This document shows, in pieces, positions 8,114 through 17,880 of a DNA stretch of 64,000 nt (positions are counted from its first letter, which is position 1; every line of letters begins with the position of its first letter). This DNA comes from an uncultured virus (IMG/VR IMGVR_UViG_3300025000_000085) (lineage: Duplodnaviria > Heunggongvirae > Uroviricota > Caudoviricetes), in the IMG/VR virus record IMGVR_UViG_3300025000_000085; one strand, 5' to 3'. The notes beneath the pieces were generated by a model. It was not told the origin of the DNA and ran no database searches. It saw only the letters and a list, made by a program, of their open reading frames with translations. The translations under genes and the position numbers were made by a program.

Positions 8114-8161
8114 CGTTCGCTAGCGAATCCTGTTGACTCCTGATAGCACTCCCGACATACT
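8109..8161 (+). promoter_or_regulatory. Early promoter TTGACT-N17-CATACT with two 16-bp operators (8109-8124, 8132-8147)
   Basis: GCTAACGTTCGCTAGC and GTTGACTCCTGATAGC; -35 at 8133-8138, -10 at 8156-8161. Confidence 0.8.
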
Positions 8162-8567
8162 CACCCCATGAGCCCGACGGCGCCAGCGACGGCGCCCTGG
8201 AAGCGGCTCCCTGACAAGCTGAAACGGCAGGACGGAGCGAGGTCAATGCGACCCCGGGAACCCGGCAGCGGGCACCGGAGAGAGGATGGGCGGCGGACGA
8301 GGGGCGGTCGCAGGGCGTAGCCGGGGGTGGTGCCCCATCCGGACCTGACGGATCAGCGAGCCACGGAGCAGCAGCCCAGGGTGCCGCAGCGGGCCAGGCG
8401 GGCGGCAGCAACAGACTAGACAGGACCCCGAGTGCGAGTCGAGCAACAGGGCTCGGCCGCACGCCCCGGGCGATGACGCAACCGGCGAATCCGGCAGGCA
8501 CCGATCCGCCCATGCGGCGTCGCCCGTGTCGTGGGGCTGAGTCCATTGGAAGCAAAGGAGACGAGTC

Positions 8568-8789
8568 GTGCCGCAGCTACTCACAGACCAGGTCGAGGCC
8601 ATCGGGCAGGCCGCCTACCGTTGCGATGACCTGCTCGACGAGCTGGAGCAGGCAATCAAGGACCTGGACGCAACGCGCACGGTGGCTGATGGCCCGCAGC
8701 TGTCATCGGTCCGCGTCGAGTCGATCCAGCGCCAGATCGATAGCCTCGTCTACCAGCTGGAGCGCGCCGGCTTCGTGGTGGCCCGATGA
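8568..8789 (+). CDS. Hypothetical early protein
   Basis: RBS AAAGGAG, GTG start, coupled to the next gene. Confidence 0.75.
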   Translation: MPQLLTDQVEAIGQAAYRCDDLLDELEQAIKDLDATRTVADGPQLSSVRVESIQRQIDSLVYQLERAGFVVAR

Positions 8790-9241
8790 GCGCCAGCCGC
8801 TGCCCCATCGCCACCAACAGCCTGCTGCCCGTGGCCACCCTCCTCCGGGAGCTCGCCGACCGCATGGACCGGGCCGAGACCTCGGCGCACCAGGCCGGCC
8901 TCGCCGAGCACCGCCAGGCCGACGAGGACGAGGCACGCGGGCAGGCGCTGCTGCTGCTCGAGCAGCTCGAGGCCGCCCGCATCGTCGACGAGGCCGTCTA
9001 CACCGCCCGGCTGGCCGCCCTCCGCGACGGCGCCGAGCCCTACGCTCCCGAGCTGCTCGACGCCGAAGGCCTGCCGCTCTGCTGCACGGACGACCCGGAT
9101 CAGCCCTGGGACGACGCGATGCGGCGCTACCAGGATCGGCAGGCCGCCGAGGCCCGCCGGGAGCTGCCGGGGGACGTGGACCCGATGGCCGTGGCCATGG
9201 CCATGCAGGCGAGCTCCACTCGCCGGGAGCAGCTGCACTGA
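8786..9241 (+). CDS. Hypothetical early protein
   Basis: ATGA overlap, GC3-rich codons. Confidence 0.75.
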   Translation: MSASRCPIATNSLLPVATLLRELADRMDRAETSAHQAGLAEHRQADEDEARGQALLLLEQLEAARIVDEAVYTARLAALRDGAEPYAPELLDAEGLPLCCTDDPDQPWDDAMRRYQDRQAAEARRELPGDVDPMAVAMAMQASSTRREQLH

Positions 9242-9468
9242 TGCCCGGCAGCAATGTCCCCGACGACTGGAGCAGCCACTACCGCACCTGCAGCCGCTGC
9301 AGCAGACGCTACCACGCCAGCGAGGGCTGCGGCTGCGACGAGCTGTCGGACGAAGAGATCGAGCGGGCCCAGGACCTCGAGAGCGACCGCAGCGACGCCC
9401 GGGCCGAGGCCGCCCGGGAGGAAAGAGGGGCGGTCTGGGACGCACCCACGGCAAGTGACTTTTTGTAG
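9241..9468 (+). CDS. Small Cys-rich hypothetical protein (MPGSNVPDDW..CSRC..CGC)
   Basis: TGATG coupling with the upstream gene. Confidence 0.65.
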   Translation: MPGSNVPDDWSSHYRTCSRCSRRYHASEGCGCDELSDEEIERAQDLESDRSDARAEAAREERGAVWDAPTASDFL

Positions 9469-9481
9469 GAGGAGGCCGCAG

Positions 9482-10489
9482 ATGCTGCCGAGAGCCATCG
9501 CACTGGACATCGAGACCGCGCCGGACCCCGTGTCATTCGGCGCCTACCTGAACAGCGCCCAGCGCCCGGACTTCCAGCCTCAGACGGCCGATGGGGTCTG
9601 CAAGCTCTTCGTCGATCAGCTCAAGGGCATCGGCGACAAGAAGGCCCCGGAGCTGCTGCAGGCCTTCGGCGGCGTGGAGCGCTTCTGGCAGCTGCTGGGC
9701 GGCTGCGAGTACTCGGCCTTGCTCAAGGCCGGCATCGACTCGGGCGTGATCGCCGGGCGGGTGAAGCTGAGCACGGCCGACCTGGCCGGCCTCAAGGAGT
9801 ACGTGGACGGCGGCGAGCTCGCCTGGATGGCGGAGCAGATCAAGCGCGCCTCCTTCGACCCCCGCCTCTGCCGCGTCGTCACCGTCGGGCTGGCCAACGA
9901 CGAGCTCCGCTCCGTCCACTCGATCAACGAGTGCGACGGCGACGAGGCCGAGCTGCTGCGCGGCCTCTGGACGGGGCTGTCCCGCTACTTCGGCAACCAC
10001 AAGCCCTGCCTCGTGGCTTACAACGGCGTGGAGTTCGACGCCAGGGTGCTCACCCTGCGCACCCTGCGCCACCGGGCCCGGGGCCTGCGCATGCCGTGGA
10101 CCCTGGAGACGCTGCGCTACCGCTACCAGCCCGTCGCCGACCCCTACCAGTACCTGACCCACTGGGGGAAGCACACCGGCGGCAAGGGCGAGAACACGCT
10201 GCTGACCTGGCTGCGCTTCTTCGGCATCGAGCACGAGACCAAGGAAGCCGGCATGGATGGGTCGCAGGTGGCCCAGTACGTCGATGAGGGCCGCTGGGAC
10301 GAGATCAACGCCTACTGCCTCGAGGACGCGGTCAAGGAGTGGGACCTGGCCCGGGTGCTCTGGGACGAGATGTTCCCTGAGGTCAACCAGGCCAGACGTG
10401 CCGCGGCCGCCCCGCCGCAACAGACCACCGTCCCCATCATCCCCCGCAACGGAAACGGAACCACCGCGGCCGCCCAGGCGGCGGCGTGA
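9482..10489 (+). CDS. PolB-like DEDDy 3'-5' exonuclease with helix-hairpin-helix insertion
   Basis: ExoI IALDIET, ExoII AYNGVEFD, ExoIII YCLED; insert LKGIGDKKAPELLQAFGG; RBS AGGAGG. Confidence 0.85.
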   Translation: MLPRAIALDIETAPDPVSFGAYLNSAQRPDFQPQTADGVCKLFVDQLKGIGDKKAPELLQAFGGVERFWQLLGGCEYSALLKAGIDSGVIAGRVKLSTADLAGLKEYVDGGELAWMAEQIKRASFDPRLCRVVTVGLANDELRSVHSINECDGDEAELLRGLWTGLSRYFGNHKPCLVAYNGVEFDARVLTLRTLRHRARGLRMPWTLETLRYRYQPVADPYQYLTHWGKHTGGKGENTLLTWLRFFGIEHETKEAGMDGSQVAQYVDEGRWDEINAYCLEDAVKEWDLARVLWDEMFPEVNQARRAAAAPPQQTTVPIIPRNGNGTTAAAQAAA

Positions 10490-10500
10490 AGGAGGATAGC

Positions 10501-11628
10501 ATGTTCGACGAGCTGACCCCCACCGGCGGCGCGCCGGCCGAGGCCGCCGCAGAGGCCGCCGCAGAGTTCGAGCCCAAGCTGTACGAGCAGCCGGCTGCCG
10601 CGCCCGCCGGCACGGCCCTGGTGACCCGCCCGGCCGCTGGGCTGCAGGCCGCCATCGACCTCGCCAGCCTGCAGCTGCCCGCGGAGATGCTGGGCGACGC
10701 CCAGGCGCTGGCCCTGGTGCTGCAGCAGGCCGCCGAGCTCGGCCTCGATCTGGCCGACGAAGAGGCCTTCAATGAGTCCGCCCCCTTCGTCGGGGTGAGC
10801 GTGCCCCGGATCATCATCCAGCAGCGCGCCGACGACAAGCACGCCGAGCTGGAGATCGGGCTGTACACCCTGAACATGCCGCTCGAGCAGTTCGAGGAGT
10901 TCGGCTTCGTGGCGCTGGCGAGCAAGTTCCAGCGCCAGTACCGGCCCAAGTACGACCCGGACAAGGAAGAGCAGGATCCCACCTACTGCTGGAGCCGGGA
11001 CGCCCTGAAGGCCACGGGCGGAACGATCTGTGACGAGCGCCACTGGGCGGGGCAGCACTCCTGCGGCGACAGCAGGAAGCCCGGCAGCGCCTGCGAGTAC
11101 AACAAGTGGCGGGACGGGAAGAAGGCCTGCGAGGACGCCTACGTCCTGCTGGTGGCCCGCCTCATCGACGTGGAAGCCGGGCGCTACGAGCCCGCGGTGC
11201 TCGTCGGCCGCAAGAGCTCCGCCGGCATCTTCAAGGCGATGCTGCAGCAGCGGCAGGCCTACAGCTACCGCTTCGGTGCCGCGCTGCCCGCCCAGCTCGG
11301 CGCCTTCCGCCCGCTGACCGTCGGCTTCAGCATGTCGCTCAAGCGCATCCAGGAGCGGGGCAAGGACTACTACGTCCCGGTGGTCTCGCTGCCCTGGGAG
11401 ACGCCGAAGGCGCACATCCCGGCGCTCGCTTCGCTGGCCGTGGCCAACAAGAAGCTCTTCGAGGAGGAGATCCACGTCGAGTTTTTGGTTGAAGAGGGCG
11501 ACGAAGAGGGCAACGAAGAGGGCAACGAAGAGGGCGCCGCCGCCACGCCGCCGGCGTCCGGCAAGCAGCCCGCGGCCCCGGCCCAGCAGCCCCCCTCCGG
11601 CCAGGGCAGCCGCCCCGCCCGCTGGTAG
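10501..11628 (+). CDS. Putative phage ssDNA-binding/recombination protein
   Basis: PTYCWSRD..C..GKKAC Cys pattern, acidic C-terminal tail, position between exonuclease and helicase. Confidence 0.5.
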   Translation: MFDELTPTGGAPAEAAAEAAAEFEPKLYEQPAAAPAGTALVTRPAAGLQAAIDLASLQLPAEMLGDAQALALVLQQAAELGLDLADEEAFNESAPFVGVSVPRIIIQQRADDKHAELEIGLYTLNMPLEQFEEFGFVALASKFQRQYRPKYDPDKEEQDPTYCWSRDALKATGGTICDERHWAGQHSCGDSRKPGSACEYNKWRDGKKACEDAYVLLVARLIDVEAGRYEPAVLVGRKSSAGIFKAMLQQRQAYSYRFGAALPAQLGAFRPLTVGFSMSLKRIQERGKDYYVPVVSLPWETPKAHIPALASLAVANKKLFEEEIHVEFLVEEGDEEGNEEGNEEGAAATPPASGKQPAAPAQQPPSGQGSRPARW

Positions 11629-11672
11629 CAGCCACCTGAGCAACGAAGCAGCGACGCAGGAGGAGCAACTCG

Positions 11673-13019
11673 ATGTCCGTCACCACGCCCCGCCGCAGCA
11701 GCCCTCGACGCCCGGCCGGCCCTGCCCGAGCCGCAACCGTCGAGGCCCCCGCCCCGGCCGAGCTGCGCGGGGTCGTGGTGAAGGTCATCGCCCGCAAGCC
11801 GAGCTTCTGGACGGCCATGCGGATCCGCCCCACCTCCACCATCCCCGACGAGGAGAAGGCCGCCGGCGCCATCGCCACCGATGGCACGGTGTCCGTGGCC
11901 GGCATCATCCCCGTGGTCGAACCCAACGCCGAGATGCAGTTCTCCGGCCGCTGGGACAGCAGCAAGTTCGGCCGGCAGTTCGTGCCGCAGGACAGCGAGA
12001 TCCTGCACTCCAGCGATGAGCGGGGCATCGCCCTCGAGCTCGAGGGCGCCCTGCCCAACGTCGGGCCGGTGCGGGCCAGGCAGATGATCGAACTGCTCGG
12101 CCGCGGCCCCGAGGGCCTCCCCGGCGTCTGGACTGCGCTGGACCGGACGGACCTGGCCGACGTGCTGACCGCCGGCCGGGTCTGCTCACCCGACCATGCC
12201 GCAGCCATCGCCGCAGCCTGCCAGGACACGAAGCACCAGCGGGAGATGCGGGCGTGGATGCGAGCCCGGGGCTGCGGCCCGGCGCAGTCTGCCCAGATCA
12301 TCGCCGAGTACGGCAACGAGGCGCAGCACCTGGTCGAGCAGGACCCCTACCGGCTGATGGAGCTGGACCGGTGGGGCTTCCTGTCCGCAGACGCCATCGC
12401 CCAGAACCTGCGCATCCCGAAGGAGCACCCGGGCCGGGTGCGGGCCGCGATCGTCCACTGCCTCCAGGAGGCGGCAGACCGCAACGGCCACATCTTCCTG
12501 CCGCTGAACAGCCCGCCCGAGCTGGTCCGCTCGTCCAACCGCCACCGCAAGCTGCACGAGCAGCCGCGTTGCGGCCTGCTGGATCACCTCGCCCCCTGGG
12601 ACGTGGACCCGGAGCGGGCCCTGCTGGCGCTGAGGGAGATGGACGGCCGCAGCAGGGAAGAGCTGGCCCGCAAGGAAGAGGGGCTGCTTGCCGCAGACGA
12701 CCCGCACGCCCTGCGCCGTCGCAAGATCCACGTGATCGTGGAAGGTGGGGGCGAAGAGGCCAGAGCCTACCTGCTGCCCTACTGGGAGGCGGAGCGCGAG
12801 GCGGCCCGTCGGGTGCGCTCCATGATCGGCGGAGCCCGCCCTGCCGCCCCCAAGGCCCGGGCAGTCCAGGTCGAGCTCCCTGCACTTCGCACCACCCAGG
12901 CAGCGAGCCCCGTGCTCGATCTCCTCGAGGAAGGGTCCCGTCCCGCCGCAACGCCTGCAGCGAGCAGCGATGACGACTGGGCCTCCATGCTGGACGAAGC
13001 CGACCGGAGGGCCTGCTGA
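11673..13019 (+). CDS. RecD2-like helicase, N-terminal part (OB-like and HhH domains)
   Basis: G.WDSSKFGRQF, LPNVGPVRA, VEQDPYRLMELDRWGFLSADAIAQNL, GHIFLP, YWEAE. Confidence 0.85.
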   Translation: MSVTTPRRSSPRRPAGPARAATVEAPAPAELRGVVVKVIARKPSFWTAMRIRPTSTIPDEEKAAGAIATDGTVSVAGIIPVVEPNAEMQFSGRWDSSKFGRQFVPQDSEILHSSDERGIALELEGALPNVGPVRARQMIELLGRGPEGLPGVWTALDRTDLADVLTAGRVCSPDHAAAIAAACQDTKHQREMRAWMRARGCGPAQSAQIIAEYGNEAQHLVEQDPYRLMELDRWGFLSADAIAQNLRIPKEHPGRVRAAIVHCLQEAADRNGHIFLPLNSPPELVRSSNRHRKLHEQPRCGLLDHLAPWDVDPERALLALREMDGRSREELARKEEGLLAADDPHALRRRKIHVIVEGGGEEARAYLLPYWEAEREAARRVRSMIGGARPAAPKARAVQVELPALRTTQAASPVLDLLEEGSRPAATPAASSDDDWASMLDEADRRAC

Positions 13020-14320
13020 TGCCGTTGACCGATGAACAGCAGCGAAGCGTCGACCTGGTGTTCGACTCGGCGAGCCGCATCACCATCACCACCGGTGGGC
13101 CGGGCGTGGGCAAGACCTACACGCTCAAGCACACGCTGGATCGTGCCGACCGGCTGGGCTGGGTCGTCGAGGTCGGGGCGCCCACCGGCGCGGCGGCGAA
13201 GCGCGCCTCGGTCATGAGTGGCCGGCCAGCCCGCACCCTGCACCGGCTGCTGGAATACCACCCGGTGCACGGCTTCCAGCGCAACGAGTCCGACCCCATC
13301 GAGGCCGATCTCGTGGTGGTGGACGAGAGCTCCATGCTCGACATGCGGCTCTTCATGGCCCTGCTGCGTGCCCTGCACGACGACTGCCGCCTGCTGCTCG
13401 TCGGCGACAAGGACCAGCTGCCGAGCGTGGCCGCCGGCCGAGTCTTTGGCGACCTCATCGCCAGCGGCACCGTCCCCGTGGCGCATCTGACCCAGGTGAT
13501 GCGCCAGAGCGAGCGGTCGGCCATCCACCAAAACGCCCAGCGCATCAACCGCGGCGAGATGCCGGTGCTCGACCACTACGGCTACGACGACTTCTTCTGG
13601 GTCGAGGTGGAAGACAAGGAGGCGATCCCGGAGCGGATGCTGAGCGTTATCAGCAAGACCTTCGAGCAGGCCTTCCCGACGAACACCGAGACGGGCAAGC
13701 CCTATGACCCGCTCAACGACTTCATGGTGCTCGCGCCCATGCACGGCGGCCCCTGCGGCGTGGCCAACCTGAACAACGCGCTGCGCGAGGCCTTCAACCC
13801 CCAGGTCTACCAGCAGATCCCGATGCCGACGGAAGCCGATCCGGGCTTCGTGGAGGCCGTCGGGGCGATTCCGGAGATCAAGCACCGCAAGCACATCTAC
13901 CGGCTCGGCGACAAGATCATCGCCAACACGAACGACTACAAACGGGACGTCTTCAATGGCGACGGCGGCTTCATCACCGGCATGGACAACCAGTCGTTGA
14001 CGGTGGACTACGGCCGTGGGGACATCCACACCTACAGCCGCGACGAGCTGTCGACCATGGACGGCAAAGACATGCTGCTGCCGGACTTCTGCCGGAGCAT
14101 CCACAAGAGCCAAGGTTCAGAAGCCCCCGTGGTGTTTTTGAGCATCCACTCGACGCACAGCATCATGCTGGCCCGGCAGCTGCTCTACACCGGGATCACC
14201 AGGGCTCGGCACAAGGTCTTCATCTTCGGCGACAAGAAGGGGCTGGAGCGGGCCGTGCGCAACGACAGCCCCGTGCAGCGCTACACCTGGCTGCCGGAGC
14301 TGCTGAAGGAGGTAGCGTGA
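13019..14320 (+). CDS. recD2: RecD2-like SF1B helicase, catalytic part
   Basis: TGGPGVGKT, APTGAAAKR, TLHRLL, VDESSM, GDKDQLPSV, HKSQGSE, LLYTGITRA. Confidence 0.92.
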   Translation: MPLTDEQQRSVDLVFDSASRITITTGGPGVGKTYTLKHTLDRADRLGWVVEVGAPTGAAAKRASVMSGRPARTLHRLLEYHPVHGFQRNESDPIEADLVVVDESSMLDMRLFMALLRALHDDCRLLLVGDKDQLPSVAAGRVFGDLIASGTVPVAHLTQVMRQSERSAIHQNAQRINRGEMPVLDHYGYDDFFWVEVEDKEAIPERMLSVISKTFEQAFPTNTETGKPYDPLNDFMVLAPMHGGPCGVANLNNALREAFNPQVYQQIPMPTEADPGFVEAVGAIPEIKHRKHIYRLGDKIIANTNDYKRDVFNGDGGFITGMDNQSLTVDYGRGDIHTYSRDELSTMDGKDMLLPDFCRSIHKSQGSEAPVVFLSIHSTHSIMLARQLLYTGITRARHKVFIFGDKKGLERAVRNDSPVQRYTWLPELLKEVA

Positions 14321-14580
14321 TGAGGATGAGGACCATCAGAATCACGGTGGCATCCGATGAAACCGGCAATATTCGAGCATCATACATGGACCCCGGAGAG
14401 AACCCGAGCGATGCGCAGAGGCGTGGCGCTCAAGGCTTCGACCGCATGTGCGCCATGCACCTGCATGGCATGAACAAGCTCATCTGCACAGTTACGGCAG
14501 AGATCCCTATCCCGGACCCACCGGTGAGCATGGTCGACGACGTGGTCGGGACGGTCGAGGCACAGGAAGCTCTGTCGTGA
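14317..14580 (+). CDS. Hypothetical protein
   Basis: RBS AAGGAGG; coupled to neighbours. Confidence 0.65.
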   Translation: MMRMRTIRITVASDETGNIRASYMDPGENPSDAQRRGAQGFDRMCAMHLHGMNKLICTVTAEIPIPDPPVSMVDDVVGTVEAQEALS

Positions 14581-14882
14581 GCCAGGTCGACCTCGACGAA
14601 GCGATTGCGAGGGCGTCCGGAGCGGCTCTCGTGCCCGACTGGCTCGCTGCCCGTGCCCTCCGTGCCGGAGCGGTCCGCCTCGTCGACAGCGAAACCATGG
14701 GGGTGAGCCTGCCACGTCACGTCGCTGTCGAGGGTCTCGATCAGAATGAGATACGGGCCGCTGCAGGGCTCACGGGGCGCAAGCGGCCCATGCCGGCACC
14801 AGGCCAGGCCGAATGGCACGCCGCTCCCGACGACCCGTGCAAGCCGGAGCCCGACGAAGACGAGGACGACGACGGCGAGTAG
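14577..14882 (+). CDS. Hypothetical protein
   Basis: GTGA overlap; acidic tail. Confidence 0.55.
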   Translation: MSQVDLDEAIARASGAALVPDWLAARALRAGAVRLVDSETMGVSLPRHVAVEGLDQNEIRAAAGLTGRKRPMPAPGQAEWHAAPDDPCKPEPDEDEDDDGE

Positions 14883-14905
14883 CCAGCGACCGAGGAGCAG
14901 CGACG

Positions 14906-15562
14906 ATGATCGAGACAACGCAGCAGGAGGCCTGGCGCATCGACCCCGGCCACATCGCCAGCTCGTGCGAGGACGGCCACCACTGCAGCCAGGGCATCGG
15001 CCGCTACCGGCCATCCGAGACCTGCCCGCACGTCGTGATCTACCGAGACCACGCGGCGTGCATGGATTCGCTGGAAGCATTCCTCCGGCACAAGGCAGAG
15101 ACCGATCCGCTCGGCCTCACCTACAAGCCGCCCTGGGGCCCCGAAAAAGACAGCTTGAGCGGCCTGCGGAGTTGGAAATTCCGAGTGCGTGATCTCCGCA
15201 TCACCCGGCACGAAAAGGAGATCGAGGTCTGGGCCACGTTCGACTGCCAGACGCTGCACAAGACCAGCGTGCGCGCCTACGCCGAGGTGAACGGCGAGCG
15301 CATCGAGGCGGGCTGGCATCAGGCCTTCAGCGTGGAGACGGACTGGCGGCCGCTGACCCTGGAGGCGATGGGCATGAAGGCCGGCGACAAGGACGACGTC
15401 GCCGATGGCCTCTACTGGCGGTCGTGGACCGTGGAGCCGCAGCGGCTGGTGCTGTTCTGGGGAGACGCTGCGCTGCCCTTGGCAGACGAGAGCAGCAGCG
15501 AGGCCTCCCGGCCGCCTGGCTCGACGAGCGGTGGGCAACCGAGGACGGCATTCGCATGGTGA
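14906..15562 (+). CDS. Hypothetical protein
   Basis: RBS GAGGAG; GC3-rich codons. Confidence 0.7.
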   Translation: MIETTQQEAWRIDPGHIASSCEDGHHCSQGIGRYRPSETCPHVVIYRDHAACMDSLEAFLRHKAETDPLGLTYKPPWGPEKDSLSGLRSWKFRVRDLRITRHEKEIEVWATFDCQTLHKTSVRAYAEVNGERIEAGWHQAFSVETDWRPLTLEAMGMKAGDKDDVADGLYWRSWTVEPQRLVLFWGDAALPLADESSSEASRPPGSTSGGQPRTAFAW

Positions 15563-15849
15563 CCCTCAACCCCATCCACCGGTCCCCCATCGGCCGCAGC
15601 ACGGGGCCGGCCTTCGTCTGCAGCGAGCGCGGCTGCCAGATGCAGCAGGTGACCACGCCCATCTGGGACCCCACCGCCGAGGGCGCCACGCTGCGCCGGG
15701 AGCGGTTGGCCCGACGCGAGGGGCTGCGTGAATGCGCGGTGCGTCTTGGCCTGCTGCCGTCGCAGCTCTCCTCTCTGGAGACCGGCCAGGAGACGCTGCC
15801 GGCCGGCGAATGGGCGCTGCTGCTCGATGCGACGAGGAGGGCGAAGTGA
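15556..15849 (+). CDS. XRE-type HTH protein
   Basis: LRRERLARREGLRECAVRLGLLPSQLSSLETG. Confidence 0.65.
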   Translation: MVTLNPIHRSPIGRSTGPAFVCSERGCQMQQVTTPIWDPTAEGATLRRERLARREGLRECAVRLGLLPSQLSSLETGQETLPAGEWALLLDATRRAK

Positions 15850-16385
15850 GCCGTCCGCCGCTGCGCTACACCATCGACGAGGCGCAAGCAGCCGCCGATG
15901 ACTGGGGCTTCAACTGCGGACCTGGTGCGCTGACTGCCGTCCTCGGCATGACACCAGACGAGCTGCGCCCCCACCTCGGAGATTTCGAGCAGCGCGGCTA
16001 CACGAACCCAACCCTCATGGCGGCCATCCTGCGCCGGCTCAACGTGCCATTCCAGCGCGGGTTCGAGTCGGCCGTGGACCCTGTCCATCGACCGGTGGTA
16101 TGGCCCCGCTTCGGCCTGGTCCGCATCCAGTGGTCGGGGCCCTGGACCAAGCCCGGCGTGCCGATGGCTGCCCGATACCAGCGCACGCACTGGATCGCTG
16201 TCTACGGTGCTCCGGCCGGGATGCCCCCTGCCGAGACGCCGCTGGGCGTCTACGACGTGAATGTGGGGCACTGGATCGCCTGGGAGGCGTGGACGAAGCG
16301 CGTGGCTCCCGATCTGGCCAAAAGCCACGGCAAGGGAGCGGACGGCACCTGGTGGCCAACGCACTGCCTGGAGATCCAGCAATGA
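15846..16385 (+). CDS. Papain-fold (C39-like) cysteine peptidase-like protein
   Basis: NCGPGAL ... HWIAV ... YDVN spacing; RBS GAGGAGG. Confidence 0.5.
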   Translation: MSRPPLRYTIDEAQAAADDWGFNCGPGALTAVLGMTPDELRPHLGDFEQRGYTNPTLMAAILRRLNVPFQRGFESAVDPVHRPVVWPRFGLVRIQWSGPWTKPGVPMAARYQRTHWIAVYGAPAGMPPAETPLGVYDVNVGHWIAWEAWTKRVAPDLAKSHGKGADGTWWPTHCLEIQQ

Positions 16386-17212
16386 GGCCGCCCGTGACCC
16401 GCCCCACCCTGCGCACCATCAGCCGCACCCCCGGCGGCTACCTGCTCGCCGGAGACGCCGGGCCCCAGCTGCTGGCCAACGGCGCACACGATGGCCCCGA
16501 CCCGCTGGCCCCCGGCTGGGCCTGGGCGGCGGAGCAGTACGCGGGCGAAGAATCGGGCAAAGAGGAAGGCGAGGGGGAGGTGGCCAGCAAGGCGCCCGCC
16601 CCGGTCGATGCGCCCGCGCTGCCCGCCTCCCCTTCACTCACCGCTCCAGCCGGATACTCCCGGGATGCGCTCGCCCGGCTGCTGGTGTCTGTTCGCTGCT
16701 GGGCCCGGCGCGCCGTCGAGGCCATCGACGGACAGGATGCGCTGCGCCCCGACGCCGACCCGCAACGCATCCTCGCCGAGGTGGCCAAGCTGCGGCAGCT
16801 GGCCCTGAGCGCCGAGTCGCACGCCAAGGTGCTGATCGAGCAGGCAGCCCGGGGGAGCGCACCGGCGGTCGAGCAGGAGGCGAAGGCGCCGATGCCCGCG
16901 GTGGCTGCGCCCCTGATGCCAGCGCCAGCAGCACCGCCCCGGCCCACCAACCCGGCCACCGTCGATGCCCGCCGCCCCGAGACCTGGGGAGGCATGCAGC
17001 CCGCCGAGTTCGACCCGCCGCCGATGCACCCCGAAGGCCCCGAGTGCGATGGCTGCAAGGCGCGCGGGGGCGGGGGCGTCTGCCCGGGGTGCGCCATCCC
17101 GCTGGCGGAGCGGCCGGGGGCGCAGGTGAAGGCGGGGGCGAAGCAGACCGAGCAGCAGAACGCCAGGCCGGCCAGGACCGCTACCCCCGCTGGCCAGCTG
17201 GGGCTGTTCTAA
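16382..17212 (+). CDS. Hypothetical Pro/Ala-rich protein with C-terminal CxxC..CxxC
   Basis: ATGA overlap; ends QLGLF. Confidence 0.65.
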   Translation: MRPPVTRPTLRTISRTPGGYLLAGDAGPQLLANGAHDGPDPLAPGWAWAAEQYAGEESGKEEGEGEVASKAPAPVDAPALPASPSLTAPAGYSRDALARLLVSVRCWARRAVEAIDGQDALRPDADPQRILAEVAKLRQLALSAESHAKVLIEQAARGSAPAVEQEAKAPMPAVAAPLMPAPAAPPRPTNPATVDARRPETWGGMQPAEFDPPPMHPEGPECDGCKARGGGGVCPGCAIPLAERPGAQVKAGAKQTEQQNARPARTATPAGQLGLF

Positions 17213-17225
17213 AGAGGAGGAGATT

Positions 17226-17522
17226 GTGAGCAACCTGCAGGGCGAAGGCAAGATCGAGTGGTGCGACCGCACCATCAACATCCTGCACGGATGCACGCGG
17301 ATCTCGGCGTGGACGTGCCCCCACTGCGGGCAGACGCCGGGAGGCCCCGCCCCATCGCCAGCGCCAGGATGGCGGCTGCTGGACCGAGGTTTCGAGCACG
17401 ACTGCCCGGTCAAGGGGCGCATCATCGCGGAGAATCACCCTAGCGCCTGTGAGCCGAGTACGGGACCGGACGCACCTCGCCTCGCCACACCAAGGGCGGT
17501 TGAGCGAGGCTGGATGCGGTGA
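17226..17522 (+). pseudogene. Truncated DUF5131 (phage gp37/gp68) remnant or chimera
   Basis: Starts KIEWCDRTINILHGCTRISA, then loses the expected GC.NCYA continuation; only 98 aa. Confidence 0.6.
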
Positions 17523-17880
17523 TCGTGAAGATCCTGACGATCGGCCAGACGCTGCCGATACCGGTCAGGTCGGTGGAAAGTGTAACACCGCGTGTCACAC
17601 GGCGGAGCAGCGGCTGCGGGCGGCGATCAAGGCAGCGCTGAGGGCGCTGAGGGAAGGAAGGCCGGACGAGGCGGAGGCGGTGCTGCGGAGGGCGCTCGCC
17701 AAGTTCACAGCTTGTACTCGACCTTGAGTTTCTGGACCACGACGGTCACGCGGTGGCGCTGGGCGCGGGCAGGTCGGGCATCCTGGCCTCCGTGGGCGGT
17801 GCTGCTTCCTGCGGGGAAGGGTAGGCGGGGGATGGGGAGGGCGGAAGAAACGGGCAGGGGAGTTGAGGAGGGGAGGGAAG

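Noticed and set aside
8170..8200. Antisense pairing of the early leader to the 48-bp element
   Set aside because: Only 8-10 nt GC-rich matches, expected by chance
17580..17600. Imperfect palindrome GTGTAACAC-CGC-GTGTCACAC as parS or attP
   Set aside because: Single copy, does not match the parS consensus, and no cognate recombinase or ParB is visible
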